From the NCBI RefSeq assembly GCF_036365525.1, contig NC_090399.1, positions 19,912,529-19,976,528 on the forward strand: a DNA stretch of 64,000 nt. The letters are read 5' to 3'. Positions within the stretch are counted from its first letter, which is position 1, and the number at the start of each line of letters is the position of its first letter. Positions 49,002-62,235 of the stretch are shown here, piece after piece. A program made the position numbers and the translations under genes. Source of the stretch: Heterodontus francisci. Taxonomy: Eukaryota. The notes beneath the pieces are model-generated. The model saw only the letters and a program-made list of their open reading frames with translations, did not search any database and had not been told where the DNA came from.

Positions 49002-51690
49002 CCCTGAGAAATGATAACAGTGTCCAATCTCAGGCGAAATACATCCTCGCCTCTGAGACTGTTGCAATGTTGCTGCATTTAGATCGAAGTAGCTCAGCGT
49101 TAATGGGACATTGGGTGAAGTTGGAACCGAGAAGTGGATGTAGACCGCCAAGTTTCACCTTCGTAATGTTGTCGAACTCCAGTCTTTAGTCAATTCATCA
49201 GACCGTAGTCATTTAAACCCTCATTCATCCCTTGGACAGCAACAGCGCTAACGGGGGTAATTTCAACTTTGATGGAAACAAAAATCAGGAAAGCTTCATG
49301 GCGAGTGTTTCAGCCCGTACCACAGGCTTCATACGATGGTCTAACGTCAAATTTGCGCCCAATTATTCCTGCCCACATTCCTATTATCCACCCTCCCTGA
49401 GCTTCAGCCCATTCTCTCTTCCTGTCTCTTGTGATCTGCTCCATGCCTAACATCCAATCTGTCTTGCCTCTTCAATTATGGCCTCTTGAGCAATGACTCC
49501 CGATTGGATCCCCTCTTGCTGTCAAGACTGGAGCCACAGACACCCGCTCTGTGGAATTGCTGCTCTAAACCACTCCACCTTACTGCCCCTTAACTTCTTT
49601 AAGACCGTCCCTAACACCTACCTTTTTGACTAATCCTATTCTAATAATTATTCTTGGCTCAATATCTATTGTTATTTGATTCGGCCTCTCTGAGCTGCCT
49701 TGGGGTGGTTTTCTACATTGAACTTGCTATACAAGTACACGGGGGTGAAACTGGACATTGACAAAGCAGGTGGCATCACATTGGTGGCTCGTTATACGCC
49801 CCTGCCGATATTCAGTCCATTTTATTGGTACAATGGGCAGCAAAAGTAATTCTGCCTGTTTTGTGTCCCCGAGGGTTGTTGCTGATGTCTATGTTATTTT
49901 AAGAAGCAATTTAATTATAACGCAGGTTGTCTTTGCTGCAGTTTTAAAAAGGAAAAAAATATAAATCAAAAGGAATACAAGGTGGATCTGTTATTTCCCA
50001 AAAGAAGTCCATATATGTATCAGAAAACAATTCGTCTCAGGCATGAGAGAAAATTGGGGGGCATGGAATTGACCGCTCTTTATGCGCCCTATCCAATATT
50101 CAGTTCCATTGACTTCCATTGGCTCAATCCATGATCGACTATAAGGTCTTAAAACTGTTCTGGACGACCTATCCACGCTCCCACCAGCCGCCCCCATCCC
50201 CCCTCCCCCCCACCACCCCGCCGACCCACATGCTGGAGCTGGATTTTTCCATGTTCTCTGCCATTGTGTGTCGTATCGCAGGCAGACTGCCCAAAGTACT
50301 GAAAAAGCCCTGGTAAATAGGAATCAGTCTTTGAATGTTGACTGTGTCCTCGAAATTTCCCTAAGATGCTAGCTCTTCCCACAGAAAACTGCTTCCTAAC
50401 CATGCTATCCCGCTGCCCAACTTTCCATTCTGTGGTGCTCCTTGACACGACCAGTCCAGAACCGTCTAGCATAACAACTAAAGTACACGCAATGCCAGTC
50501 TCTGAGCTGGTGCTTGTTGAATTCCCCTGCGCGATCATTATTGCTACTCAATTCCCGCACCTCATGTTACGGGCACATTTTATTGCCCTGAAACAAAAGA
50601 GAAGGACAAGAATTAGAGTTTAGTGCTGAGGTTAAGCAAAGACAGATGAGAGTCAGCTGAAAGCAGCTGCATTTTGCACTGCATAGTGTGTCAGGGTGAG
50701 ATTTCCTTCAGAACGGGCACACTGTAAATTAGCCAGAAAACCTGCAGGATATATCCTCCAGCCTTAACACTCGCCATTATTTGCAAGAGCACCTCCACGA
50801 TTAGCGGAAGGGCCTTCATGGGCGCTCTCGCTCTTCGTGAAGGAAGCAATTCGGCTCATCCAGCCTGCGTCTACTCTCTGCAAGAGCAATTTATCTAGCC
50901 CCACATCCGGTCCTTTCCCCGTATACTTGCATTTCTTTTCCCTTCAAGTATTTATCCCATTTCCTTTTGAAAGCCACGATTGAATTTGCCTCCACCACCC
51001 TTTCAGAAAGTGCAATAACCACTCACTGCGTAAAAAAATGTTTTTCCTCAAGTCGTTGTATTTGTTCCCTTGCTAAGCACTTTTAATCTGCATCCTCTGA
51101 TTCGTGACCCTTCTATTTCTCCCTCGTTACTCTGTCTAGACCCCTCATGATTTTGAATATCTCTATCAAATCTCTTCTCATCATTCTCTGCTCTAATGAG
51201 AACTAACCCAGCCTCTCCAAACTATTCACGTAATTGAAGTCGCTCACAAGATAATCATAAGAAATAGTAGCTGGAGAAGGCCGGAGTGATCAATAAGATC
51301 ATCTCTCGTTCTTCCAAACCCCAATGAGAATAGGCCCAAACTGCTCAAACGTTACTCATAAGTCAACCCCTTCATCTCAGGTATCAGCCGAGTGAAACTT
51401 CTTTGAACTACTCCCAATGCCTGCTTAAGTAAGGAGACTAAAACTGTACGTAGTTCCCCAGGTGCATCCTCACCCCGGAGCCATTATTGTAAATCTTTTC
51501 TGTACTGTCGCTGAAGCCTTCAAATCCTTCCCACAACACAGTGCCCAGAATTGAAAACAATACTCCAGTTGAGGCTCAATCAGTGATTTACAATATGAAT
51601 CATAACTTGCTTGCTTTTGTAATCAATGCATCTATTTATAAATCCCAGGATCCCATATTCCCTTTTTATCACTTTCTTATTTCACGGACC

Positions 51691-52943
51691 TGTAATTATT
51701 TTTCTCTTCAGATTTAAAACAGTGTGTGTGCCTTTAAGACTGTTAAAAACAGTTCACTTTTAAGGGACTGGAAACACCATGTGCCACAGTTGCATTTTTG
51801 TTACCATGGGCAACAGCAGGAGAGAGAGGAGTCACATGGTAGTTATTCCACTTGGCTGTGTGTGAAACTGGCAGAAACGAATTGAAACGGATTAGTTTTG
51901 AGAGACTTTCCAGCAAAGCGAACTGACGAGAAAGGAGCTGTTTATTCTCTCTCAGCAAAAAATCTACAAGAAACTACGAGCCAAGTTAATTCCCTGAGTA
52001 AAGAAGAAAAGCCATTTTTTTCAACAAACCGATGGTATTGCTGTGCTCATCGTTCAAAGAACTGTTTACGGCTTCCTGCAGCCAAAGAGTTGAATGCTTA
52101 TCTACTGAAGGACTATTTTCATCAAATCCGGATGAAGACTTCAAGTGACCTTTGATTATTTTCAACTTTAGAAGACCTCATCCACCAGGAATGTAACCTA
52201 CAAAAATTACTTATTTTATTTATTCTTAAGAGACAGCAGATTATCAAACAAATAGAATTGTTTAAAGGTAAACCAATATCTAAAGACCTTATAACTTTTT
52301 ATTTATAAAAAAATCTAACACGCATTAGCACACATGTACTCAAACTAACAGTAGTTTGGTTTTTAATTAGCTGCCTGAAAAAATGAAAATAAAGTGTTTG
52401 CAAGTTACATTCCTGATGAATGGTCTTCCAATACAACACAGTCACAGTTCACTTGCAGTCTTCCAAGGCCTGATGAAACAGAAGGTCCTTCCAAACATAA
52501 GGGTTCAACAGTTCAGCTGTTGTAGTAATAAACTCCTCCTTTTTCCCAGCAATGAACGTAGCAGATATCAATCATTTGTTGTGAAAGGAAAAAGCCTTTT
52601 TCTTATTGCTTTATGGAATTAATTTGGCTTGACGCTTTGCAAACTTTTGAGAGAGAAACAACACAGCTTTTCTTCCTTCAGTTTAAACTGTCTCAGAGAG
52701 CTCTCCTTTCTTCAATTGCCTGGAACAGTCTCTCAACTGACTGCTGCTCAGCTAATTTTAAAAAGTCAAAATTGCAACATTGAATCTCTGTCCTCTCTCT
52801 CTCTCTCTCTGGCTGTTGCTTGGTAACCAGAATGCAGTTTGGCTCACTGAGCTTCCAGAACATGCTGCCTTAAAGATGCAATGATCTTTTACAGTCTTAA
52901 AGGTGCACCACAATATTTCCAAGGAGAAAAAAAAACCGTGACA
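51691..52943. mobile_element. Two related LTR-like fragments in opposite orientation
   Basis: Both ends read inward as TGT...TTTTTCTC...CCTTTAAGACTGT. The right one is also homologous to 27190-27375. Confidence 0.5.
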
Positions 52944-53099
52944 AGAGTGTGGCATTAGGAGCAGAGGAGATGGTTTCAAATGCCCAGCAGTGAATGGAGA
53001 GGAATTCTGGTAATCATGGAGGGAAGGATTATGAGTGGTGCAGCTTCAGTCAATACAAGTTTATGCAGACAGTGATGGAAGTTTGGAGTTAGGAGTCTT

Positions 53100-53320
53100 A
53101 CCTTAGCAGTGGTGATCAGGTCATTCAACCTTTTCGTACTGTCTATCCAAGTGCTGCACAAGATGCTCCTGGCTTTGACCTACTCCTCCACCTGTGTCCA
53201 CTTCTGTCAAGTAGCATGGTGGGATACATTCCTGCTGCTTGGACAGAACAGGATGTAACTTCTGCTGACCTTTTCTGGAAATATGCAATGCTGTATCCAC
53301 AAAGCAGGGGACACTTGAAG
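53100..53320 (-). mobile_element. Degenerate Myb/SANT-like DNA-binding exon of a Harbinger-type transposon
   Basis: Minus strand gives VPCFVDTAL...VSRSYILFCP...KWTQVEE*VKARSILCSTWIDSTKRLNDLITTAK, then donor GTAAG. Fits the W...V..RS...TW...KR.NDL pattern. Confidence 0.65.
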
Positions 53321-55439
53321 CCTCTCATTGGCCAATCAACAGCATTACTACTTCTACATCAGTAGACTGTAGAAATGAGATGAAACTGATATCCCCTTGT
53401 AATCGCTGGTAGGGCGAGGGACACTGAAGATATAAGTTCTTGGCACAAAGGGGCTCAAATCGTCACAGGAATGTGAACAGAATGAGCAATAGCGAATCAG
53501 TGGCTATTGAAATCACTGAAATAAAAATTGGGCGGAGTGTAAAACAGACTACCAATTCACTGTCGTCCGTTATCTGAAACGTACTAATGAGAATTTCTAA
53601 CCCATAGTTCTATCAGCTTCATATTGTTGACGGATAGAACTTACACAAGGATTTGACTATTGGCAAAAGTTAACATTTCGTTGTTTCCGTAAACTAGCAA
53701 GGTAGTTAACGTCCACAGCAACGCAGCTCCTAAGGCAGGCATATACAAGTCAATTCAACATCCTCTGTCTTATTGTTGTTGGCAAATAACTGCTTGATTT
53801 CGTTGCAATAAATTGTATCAACTGACACGGTCGAACACGTTACACCCTTCTGAATGGTGAGCAGGTGAATTCCTAACAATCCTTTACCAATGTAACTTTG
53901 TACTTGCTAACTGGGATGTGATCCAGATGTGCCTGGAGTGACTGATTTGGCCATTTCACACCGTAAACACTAAAATTACGGTAACAAAATGGTCAAATGC
54001 CATCTGAAGCACAGATGGTAACAGTCAGGAATTGCAAGAATAACAATTTGAACTTCAATCCTTTGAGATCGATTCCAGCTTGTCAATGAATGCTGCTCCG
54101 AGTTACTTAATTCAGAACATAATAGGAATTGAGTTTAGGACTATGCTGGCATCCTTAGGTTGCGAACAGTATTTAATTTTCTCATATTTATAAGTATCTT
54201 TAAAACCCAAAGCTCTATTCCCCAGCAGACATTCATCCTGATACATTTTAATGTGTTCAACTACAACACAATAACTACAGGATCGAAATATCAACTGGGA
54301 GTTTGGGAGAAATGGCCTGGTATTTCATATTACCCTTAGGTGTGTTAATGTTACAAATATGCCCTCTTGGTATGGACTCACAGTCCAAGTCAAAAGATTT
54401 GTTGCTGTCAAAATTGTCAATTTCTGACAGAATTTTTTTGATGAAAGTCACTTCCCTTCTCAATCCTCTTTTTAATGAAAACCCACAGTTTTGACAGATT
54501 AAATTCTGGGACTATTCCTTAATTCACTGAATCCCACGTAGTGAGCATCTATAAATTTAAATGGTTGCCTCAGAATTGAATGTAGCTTTAATTTTGCGTG
54601 ATCAGGTACAACGGTATCCCATGAGAAATCTACACTGGAAAGTTCAGAATGATTAGTTTTCAAGGGATGTAGGTGAGTACTACAAGTGAGTTATAAACTC
54701 TATGTCATGGCTTAATTTTCTGTCCACATCATCTGAAAAACCTTTTCTCAGAAATCTAAAGAAGTTTTCCACTGGGAGACTGGCTGAACCCGCATAGGGA
54801 TAGCAATTTGCTAAACTCTGCTATATGGGCTGATTCTCGGGGGGCGGGGTGGTGGGGGGGGGGGGGGGGTGGTGAGGGGGTGGGGGGTGTGCCTACACCT
54901 ATCTTCTATGGTCGTTGCCATTGAAAACCGGAAATGCATTCTGGAACTTCAGAGCCCCAACTCACTGTTGTTATGTTTCTGTCACAACTCTCTGCTAACT
55001 TTTATTCATTACAAATTCCATTCTCTACATATATAGCAGAAAATGTCCAAGTGGGTATTATGTTACCCTACCCCAAATAAATAGATCCAAATGTTTTCTT
55101 AAGATTTTGTCTGAACAATTTTCAAACCTCATTTTTTTCCCGAGTCACTGAAAATTCTTCAGTACAAATAAAGAATTTCACCAATTATAAACGTACCAAA
55201 ATGCATACTCCAGAAGTATGTTGTAAATTGAAGGCATTCTCTGTCTTTAATACTTTCATTAAGATTTCATTTGCAGTCTCTAGTCTGCTCCGACAATATC
55301 TGAATGTTTTGATTATCTGTAATAGCTTTCAAGTGTGACAAAGGGTCCACAGCTGAAACATTAAATGTTCTGTTCTCCTCAATGTTGTTGACCAGACTCA
55401 ATATTTGTTTAAAATTTGGTCACCGTTTCATTATATTCA

Positions 55440-57370
55440 TTGCCTATCTCCAGGTGCCTTGAAAAGCAAATGATGATAATTCTCCTTGGAATACTCCACT
55501 CCCTGTTATGGTGGATCCCACAATTATGACTGAAATTCCTGGCTCCTTCTGGGTCATAGAAGTCGTAGGCAATGGATTCACTGCTGAATTAACCTTAGTG
55601 TATCCCATATATCATATATTTTGCTGTCACAATGTGCTGATGAAAGAAGGGGTGTCTGACGGCTTTTGTGACTGTATTTCTGTCTGCATCCATCAGCTGA
55701 TCGGTGAGTATTCCATGGCTGTCAGACCTTGAGTCTTCTGAATGGTGGACAAGCTTTGACAGATGAGGAGGAGAGCCATTCTTTGTAGAGCGCCAAGCAT
55801 CTGCCCTACTCATAAATAATTTGTTCATACGGATGGTCCAATTCAACTGCTGGTCAATGGGAACCAACTTATGCAAGGGGATAAACAATATCGGTGCCAG
55901 TGAAGATCATGTGAACATGACTGGGCTTTTCCTTGTTAAAGTTGATCATGCCCTGGCACTTATATGACACAAATGATGCATGCAACTTGATCCATGTCGA
56001 CGCGTTTCCTGAAACATATTATATGCTAGCATGGGTTGTTGCGTTATGGGAAGATTTGTGAAATGAATCTGAACGCTGCCCAATCATCAACAAACAGTCC
56101 TGCACTTGACCATATGATCGAGGACAGGCCATTCATGGAGCAGCTGAAGGTGGTTGAACTGATTACTTCTTGCAATGCAGTTCTAGGATTATTATGGCAA
56201 GTGTCTGTCAACCAAACATGCTCCTGCACATCAGGATTGACTCTAGTCATGAGAGGGACTTCCCTTTATCCCACATTGAAGCCGGAGTCATTGGGCTAAA
56301 GGGCCTTCTTCTGTGCTATTATGACTCTATGAATAGATGATTTCAGTTTGCTAGATGCTCTTTGTATCTCCGTTGAAATCAACTCTTGAATCCAAATCTG
56401 TACCAAGGGTTTGAGTGGGTCTTGAGACAAAGATTTATCTAAAATATGAATTATGTATTGGTAAGAAAGTTATCGATGTCTAGTTTATGCTTCACCACTT
56501 TACGATGATTCGGAGAAGGCAGATGTACCTGCCGCTGGCCAGGTTTGATTTCTCCTCCATTTGCTTAGTTGAGGTCGTATCGAGCTCGATTATACATGTT
56601 TACAGCATTGAAGACTGCATGATCTCATGGCCAATTATCTTTGCGATGTCCAGATATTACTCTCACGTGGAGAGAGCTGAATCTGCTGGACGCTGATACG
56701 CTTAATATTAGGAACCTCAGGCAAAGAAGGACTGAGAGCTCTGACTCGGCACTTTTGACTGAAGGTGCTAGCATTAACTTCAGTCTTGTTTCTTGCATTC
56801 ACATCCTAGTCTCCAGCATTATTGAGGATGTGTTGGTCATGGAACCACCTCCTAGTATTGTTAGTTGTCTGATTGTCCAATACAAACTTTGTCTAGATGT
56901 GCTTTTGTTACAGAAATTTGCTCTGGTCGATCTATTCTATGCTATACCTGGTGCTGCGACTGGGATGCCATCTAAACTTTAAACAAAGGCTGGTCTACTG
57001 CTTTGATAGCGATGATAACAATGAGGAATATGTTGGATAATGAAGTTACAGATTGTTTTGATACCCAACTCTGCTGCTGATGATGCTACCCCACAGGGCC
57101 TCATGACTTTGCGTACTGAGCTCCCAGATAAGTCTTTCATTTTTCCCAAATAGCACGGCCTTATTGCCTCACTACATATTAGAGAATGCCCTCGTTGTAG
57201 AGATGGGTCCTTACCTTCACACAGCCAGTGTAATTGCCATTTCTGCCCATGCTACCACAGGCGGATGTGTTGATGATTGATAGGTTGATGAGGAAGAAGT
57301 CAATTAATTTGCTGCCCGGATTGGTTCCCTCAACAACTGATGTTAGCCTAACCTGACTGTTGTATTCTTT
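55440..57370 (-). mobile_element. Old, heavily decayed LINE ORF2 fragments
   Basis: Fragmentary similarity to the LINE pieces at 24230-24500 and 40500-40830. Confidence 0.5.
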
Positions 57371-57379
57371 CTTGCTGCA

Positions 57380-57760
57380 GAGTCAAATGTTTGTGGGGTC
57401 AAATCTCACTCCAGGACATGAGCACAAAGAACAAGGCTGACATTGTAGTTCTGTTGTGATTGAGTTTTAGAGGTGCCATCTTCCAGATGAGACGTTAAAC
57501 TAAGACCATGCCTACCCTCTCCGGTGGATTTAAAAGATTTCTTGGCACTATTTCAATGAAGAGTTGCAGAGTTATCCCCGGTGTCCAGGCCAATAGGCAC
57601 ACCACAATCAACATTACGAAAAGGGATTATCACATTGCTGTCTATGGGAGCTTGCTGTGCGCAAATTAACTGCTGCCTTTCCTACATTACAATAGTGACT
57701 ACACTTCTGAAAGTACTTCATTGTCTATAAAGCGCTTTGGGACATCCTGGTTTCGTGAAA
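57380..57760 (+). mobile_element. DeuSINE (SacSINE1/AmnSINE1-like)
   Basis: GAGGTGCCATCTTCCAGATGAGACGTTAAAC...CACATTGCTGTCTATGGGAGCTTGCTGTGCGCAAATT...AAAGCGCTTTGGGACATCC. Confidence 0.75.
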
Positions 57761-59004
57761 GGGATTACATATCAAGCCATTTTGTGAGTTGGGCATTGAA
57801 GTTCACTTCTGTCCCTCGCTTTCCTCCAAGTTTCCTGCTATCAAATTGATCTGCAGAAATGCAGATTTACCAGTTAGGTGCAGGTGGTGATCAGAATGCG
57901 AGATCCTCGACCTTACTTCACCCAAGGCCACGGCAATCCATATTGATGGTTCCCAGCAGTTGTTTTCTGTTTCAGATTTCTGGCATTTGGAGTCCTTGAG
58001 ATTTGTTTTTTCCAGTAAAGAAAATCAGTCTTTTTTCTAATTTGAGTTATATAAGTATGTTTGTATTTTTTCATGGCATTTGAACGTTACTGTCAAAGCA
58101 AAAAATCGTAGCCTGTCTCCCCAGGCACAGATAAGTTATATTTTCTGTCCTAAATCTCTTTCATTTACTCTCTAGATCTATGTTCACTACTAAAAGACCC
58201 ATCAAACTTTGCATCTATCTATTGTTTTCGATCCTTTCATAACTGTAAACATCTATATTAATTCAGCCTGTAATCTCTTCTGATTGAAAACGATCCATTT
58301 TTCACTTTTGTATTTATTCATTCCGACATCATCCTCGTGAGTCTACTACGCTGTGCCCTCACTATTACATCCAACTCAACAACAGTAATGAGTCCAGAAC
58401 GGCACACATGTCTGCCACTTGGGTCTCACTAAGGTCTGGTATAGATTCACCACTAAATCTCTACATTCATTTCTATAACACCTGCAATAAAACACAATAT
58501 CACATTGTTTTTATGGTGATCTGGCTCTTGAGGTGCTGTTTTAGATAGATTCCTGATTGAAAAGGGAGTTAGAGCTACATCAGGTAGACAGGAAAGTAGA
58601 GTTGAGGCCACAACCAGATCTGCCATGATCTTATCAAATGGCGGAGCAGGCTCGAAGGAACGAATGACCTGCTTCTGCTCCAGATTCGGATGTTAGTATG
58701 TTTAAAGATCATTTTAACCTGCCAAGGCGCGCTGCTGATTCACGTAATCCTGCAATCCCGCATTCAAAGTGCGTGGACATTAATAACCGGAAAACGAACA
58801 GTAAACAGTAAAGAACAGTAACCAGAGATTCTGAAGGGGATGATTCTGCCTCCTCAACTTGGTCAAATTCTTTGAGGAATTTATAAATCAAGTGGATTTT
58901 CCCAAAATATGAGATGCGATGCAATTAGAACGTCAAACGACATTGTGAAAGTTGCAACGAAAATGCCAGGTAATTAATTTTAGATTGATTTCATTTATTT
59001 TATT

Positions 59005-59906
59005 TCAAAAAAAAAATAATTTAACAATGAGATAATACGGATATTTCACCATATTTTTGATCTCCGCTCTGAATCTCCTCTGTGTCAGTGCATAAATACA
59101 AGTGTTTGTACAGGAGCTGGAGCACATCAACAGAAATGTGATTCTAATTGCCAAATAAAGTGAGTTTGAACCTTGGAAATCGACTGTCTGTGTGACACCG
59201 ACACAGATGTGTATTACGGTAATAGGCGCCGACAACACAATAAAACTGCCCGAGATAGCAAAGAGTAGAATGATGGATGTTCTTCTGTTCTTCATCTCGG
59301 GATCACTGCCGGTTTTTCCATTGTTGTGGTTCTTCAGGGCTTTGCGAGCTCTACTGGCTACTAAGATGTGCCTGACGGTGAGAGAGTTCAACAGCAGCAG
59401 CAAAGGAATTGGAAGTAATGCATTTGAGAGGATAGTAATCCATTGGTGAACCTTCCATGCGGGTGAAGTAAAATATCCTGTGATGGTGCGGCAGCCCCAC
59501 TGTATATTGTTGAGAATATAATCGGGCTCATAGCGGAAAGGCATGGGAATATTGATCAAAATGTTGAGCACACACACGGTCGTTATAACCATGGTGGCTG
59601 TCCTTTCGGTGCAATATCTTGATTTCAATTTCTGGCAACAAATTGCGACAAAACGGTCAAAGGTGAACGACAGTGTGAACCAGATAGAGAGCTGAATGCT
59701 AAATCCTTGCATGAGGGCACTAAAACGACACGCGGAAGTGTAGTTCAGCAATGAATCTGGAAAATGATACTTGATGATTTGGCTCACAATAACATTAAAG
59801 ATAAGGACCATGAGGTCTCCCACTGCCATGGCCATCATATAACGAGTGATTCCTTTGGAAAGACCGCATTTCCTTTGGAAAAGAACCAGAAATGACAGCA
59901 GGTTTG
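59005..59906 (-). CDS. GPR139/GPR142-like GPCR gene E, coding exon 2 (spliced product ~321 aa)
   Basis: Acceptor TTTCTCCTAG|CA and intact frame with the same 7TM motifs. Confidence 0.92.
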
Positions 59907-61987
59907 CTAGGAGAAATGCAAAAACAGGAAATTTAACAGAACATTCAACAGAGATGTACACTGACAGCAAGTTGGAAATCTGGTGTTAAGAATCATAAGA
60001 CTGGGAGTTGCAGGGTGGGGGAGCCGGGGGTAATTTTAGCCTTGTTTGACGGTGTCAAATAGTGGTATCTAATTAGCTATCCATTTCCCCCCCAAGGAAG
60101 TAATTGGAAGGGGGTAACAGGCTGAATGTTCAAGGGGCGGTGAATTCAATATTACCCATTTCACAATATAGCTAATAGTTAACCTGGATTGGAATAAATT
60201 GTCTCATAGCAGCTGCTGCAAACTTCCCCATCTTCTTGCCGTACATTTTTTTTCCCCGTGGTAACTTTATGATATCCTCACATGAAACAATTAATAGAAG
60301 CCATTTGGAAGTAACTTGCTGAGTTGGAAGCTCATGGATTCTATGGGATGCTCGTTCCACCCAATGTTGTCCTCAGTGACTTCAATAGAGAAGAAAATCA
60401 GGCGGGACGTAAAAGCGGACTTGCATCCAATGCCATCAGTTTCCTACGGTTGGATTAGGTTAAAACATATAAATTTTCTTTTTGTATTGCTAATTAGTGC
60501 TGTTTATCTCCCTGTCAATGCAAATCGAAACATTGGGAACATTTTTAACTTCCAATGCCGGGCAAAAAATCAATTGATATCAAATGGGCCCCGTATTTTA
60601 CAGCCCTTCCGTCTTTCTTGCGCATTGATGTCAATACAAAGTGAAAATTACCCCATACGTGAATAGTGCTAGATTTAATTCAACATTTAGCAGAATGATG
60701 ATTGTATCCAGCTGAACCAGTACTGCATTTTTATTAAAATAAAATCACATCAGTTAATTTTTAACGTCGCATAAAATGATGATTTCAAGAATGAGGAAAG
60801 GCAATAAAAAATAATGGTTAAACAATTCTAGAGGTGGTGCAGGAGCAGAGGGTTCTGGCGGGAATGTGGGGGACGGGTGTATGAGCACAAATCGTTGAAG
60901 GTGACAGGGCAGGTTAAGAAAGTGGTTAATAAGGAATACGGATCCTGGGCTTTATAGATAGAGGCATAGAGTAGAAAAGCAAGGAAGTTATGTCGGGCCA
61001 TTATAAAACACTGGCTCGGCCTCAGCTGGAGTATTCTATACAATTCTGGGCGCCATGCTTTAGGAAGGATGTGAAAGCATTGAAGAGAGTGCAGAAAATA
61101 TTTACAAAATGGTTCTGGGGATGAGGGACTTCATTTACTGCTCTGTTGGGACTATTCTGCTTAGAGAAGAGATAATTGAGAGGAGATTTGATAGAGGTAT
61201 TCAAAATCATGAGGGGACTGGACAGATTAGATAGAGAGAAACTGTTCCCATTGGCGGGAGGGTCGAGAATCAGAGGACACCGATTTAAGGCGTTTGGTGA
61301 AAGAATGAAAGGTGACACGAGGAAAAGTTAACTTACGCGGTGAATGGTTTGGATCTGGAATGTACTGCTGAGAGTGTGGTGAAGGCAGATTGAATTGTGG
61401 CTTTCAAAAGGGAATTGAATATTTATCTGAAGAGAAAATTGCTGGGCTCAGGGGGAAAGACAGGGGAATGGGAGGAGCTGTGCTGCACTCCCTGAGACCT
61501 GGCATGGACACGACATGATGAATGGTTTCCTTCTGTGCTGTAACCATCCTATAATTCTACAATATCGCATCACTTCACCAATATTGCATCGAAATGAGGG
61601 CTTACAGTATGAACTCAACTCACGGACATGGGAGAGAAACGCAAGATTATCCAAATCAAATCAAAGATTGCGACCGACTGAGCCACAGCTCAGTACGAAA
61701 GGCAAATGCCATCGGGTCCATTTTCACTTTCACCACCAGCTTTGTAATGTGGAGGGGTTGACTGCCCGCCCAGTGATATAGAACCGGACTGAGCCATTAA
61801 CATAAAAATCAATGGGGACGAAAATCGGACGAGCTCATCAATGGGCGAGCGTTCTATTGCTCGACTTTGCCACCTGGCCAATGCAAATTACCGCCACAAA
61901 GGCAACAACAACAAAAACACGTATGGAAAATAATAATGCAGTTTAGTAATGGTGCACTAACTTCCAGGATGGCTTGCAATTACTTAC

Positions 61988-62051
61988 CAGGAATGCCAAC
62001 AACTACGAGAATCGGATACAAAATTTCTATCGGAAGTGCTTGCCGTCCCAT
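61988..62051 (-). CDS. GPCR gene E, coding exon 1 (MGRQALPIEILYPILVVVGIP-)
   Basis: ATG at 62051, 21 codons + 1 nt, donor G|GTAAGT. Confidence 0.9.
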
Positions 62052-62104
62052 TTTCTCCGAAAACCAGGAGCGGTAGATGCGAGGCAATGCACTGAAACAA
62101 CCTA

Positions 62105-62235
62105 ATTTATACACGAGCCAATCGTCCAATGAGAGAGTGAGGTCACTGAACTGGTGGCATTAGCTAGATGCTTTCGAACAAACAAGTTACTGCATCTCTC
62201 CATAAACCAGCAATTAACGTGAACTCTCCGATCCT
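62105..62235 (-). promoter_or_regulatory. Putative promoter of gene E
   Basis: TATAAAT at 62111-62105, CCAAT at 62118 and 62126, and TGTTTGTT and GATCGGAGAGTTCAC blocks as in gene D. Confidence 0.6.

Noticed and set aside
54838-54890. G-run tract as a functional G-quadruplex
   Set aside because: Simple poly-G with no supporting context, and homopolymer length is error-prone.
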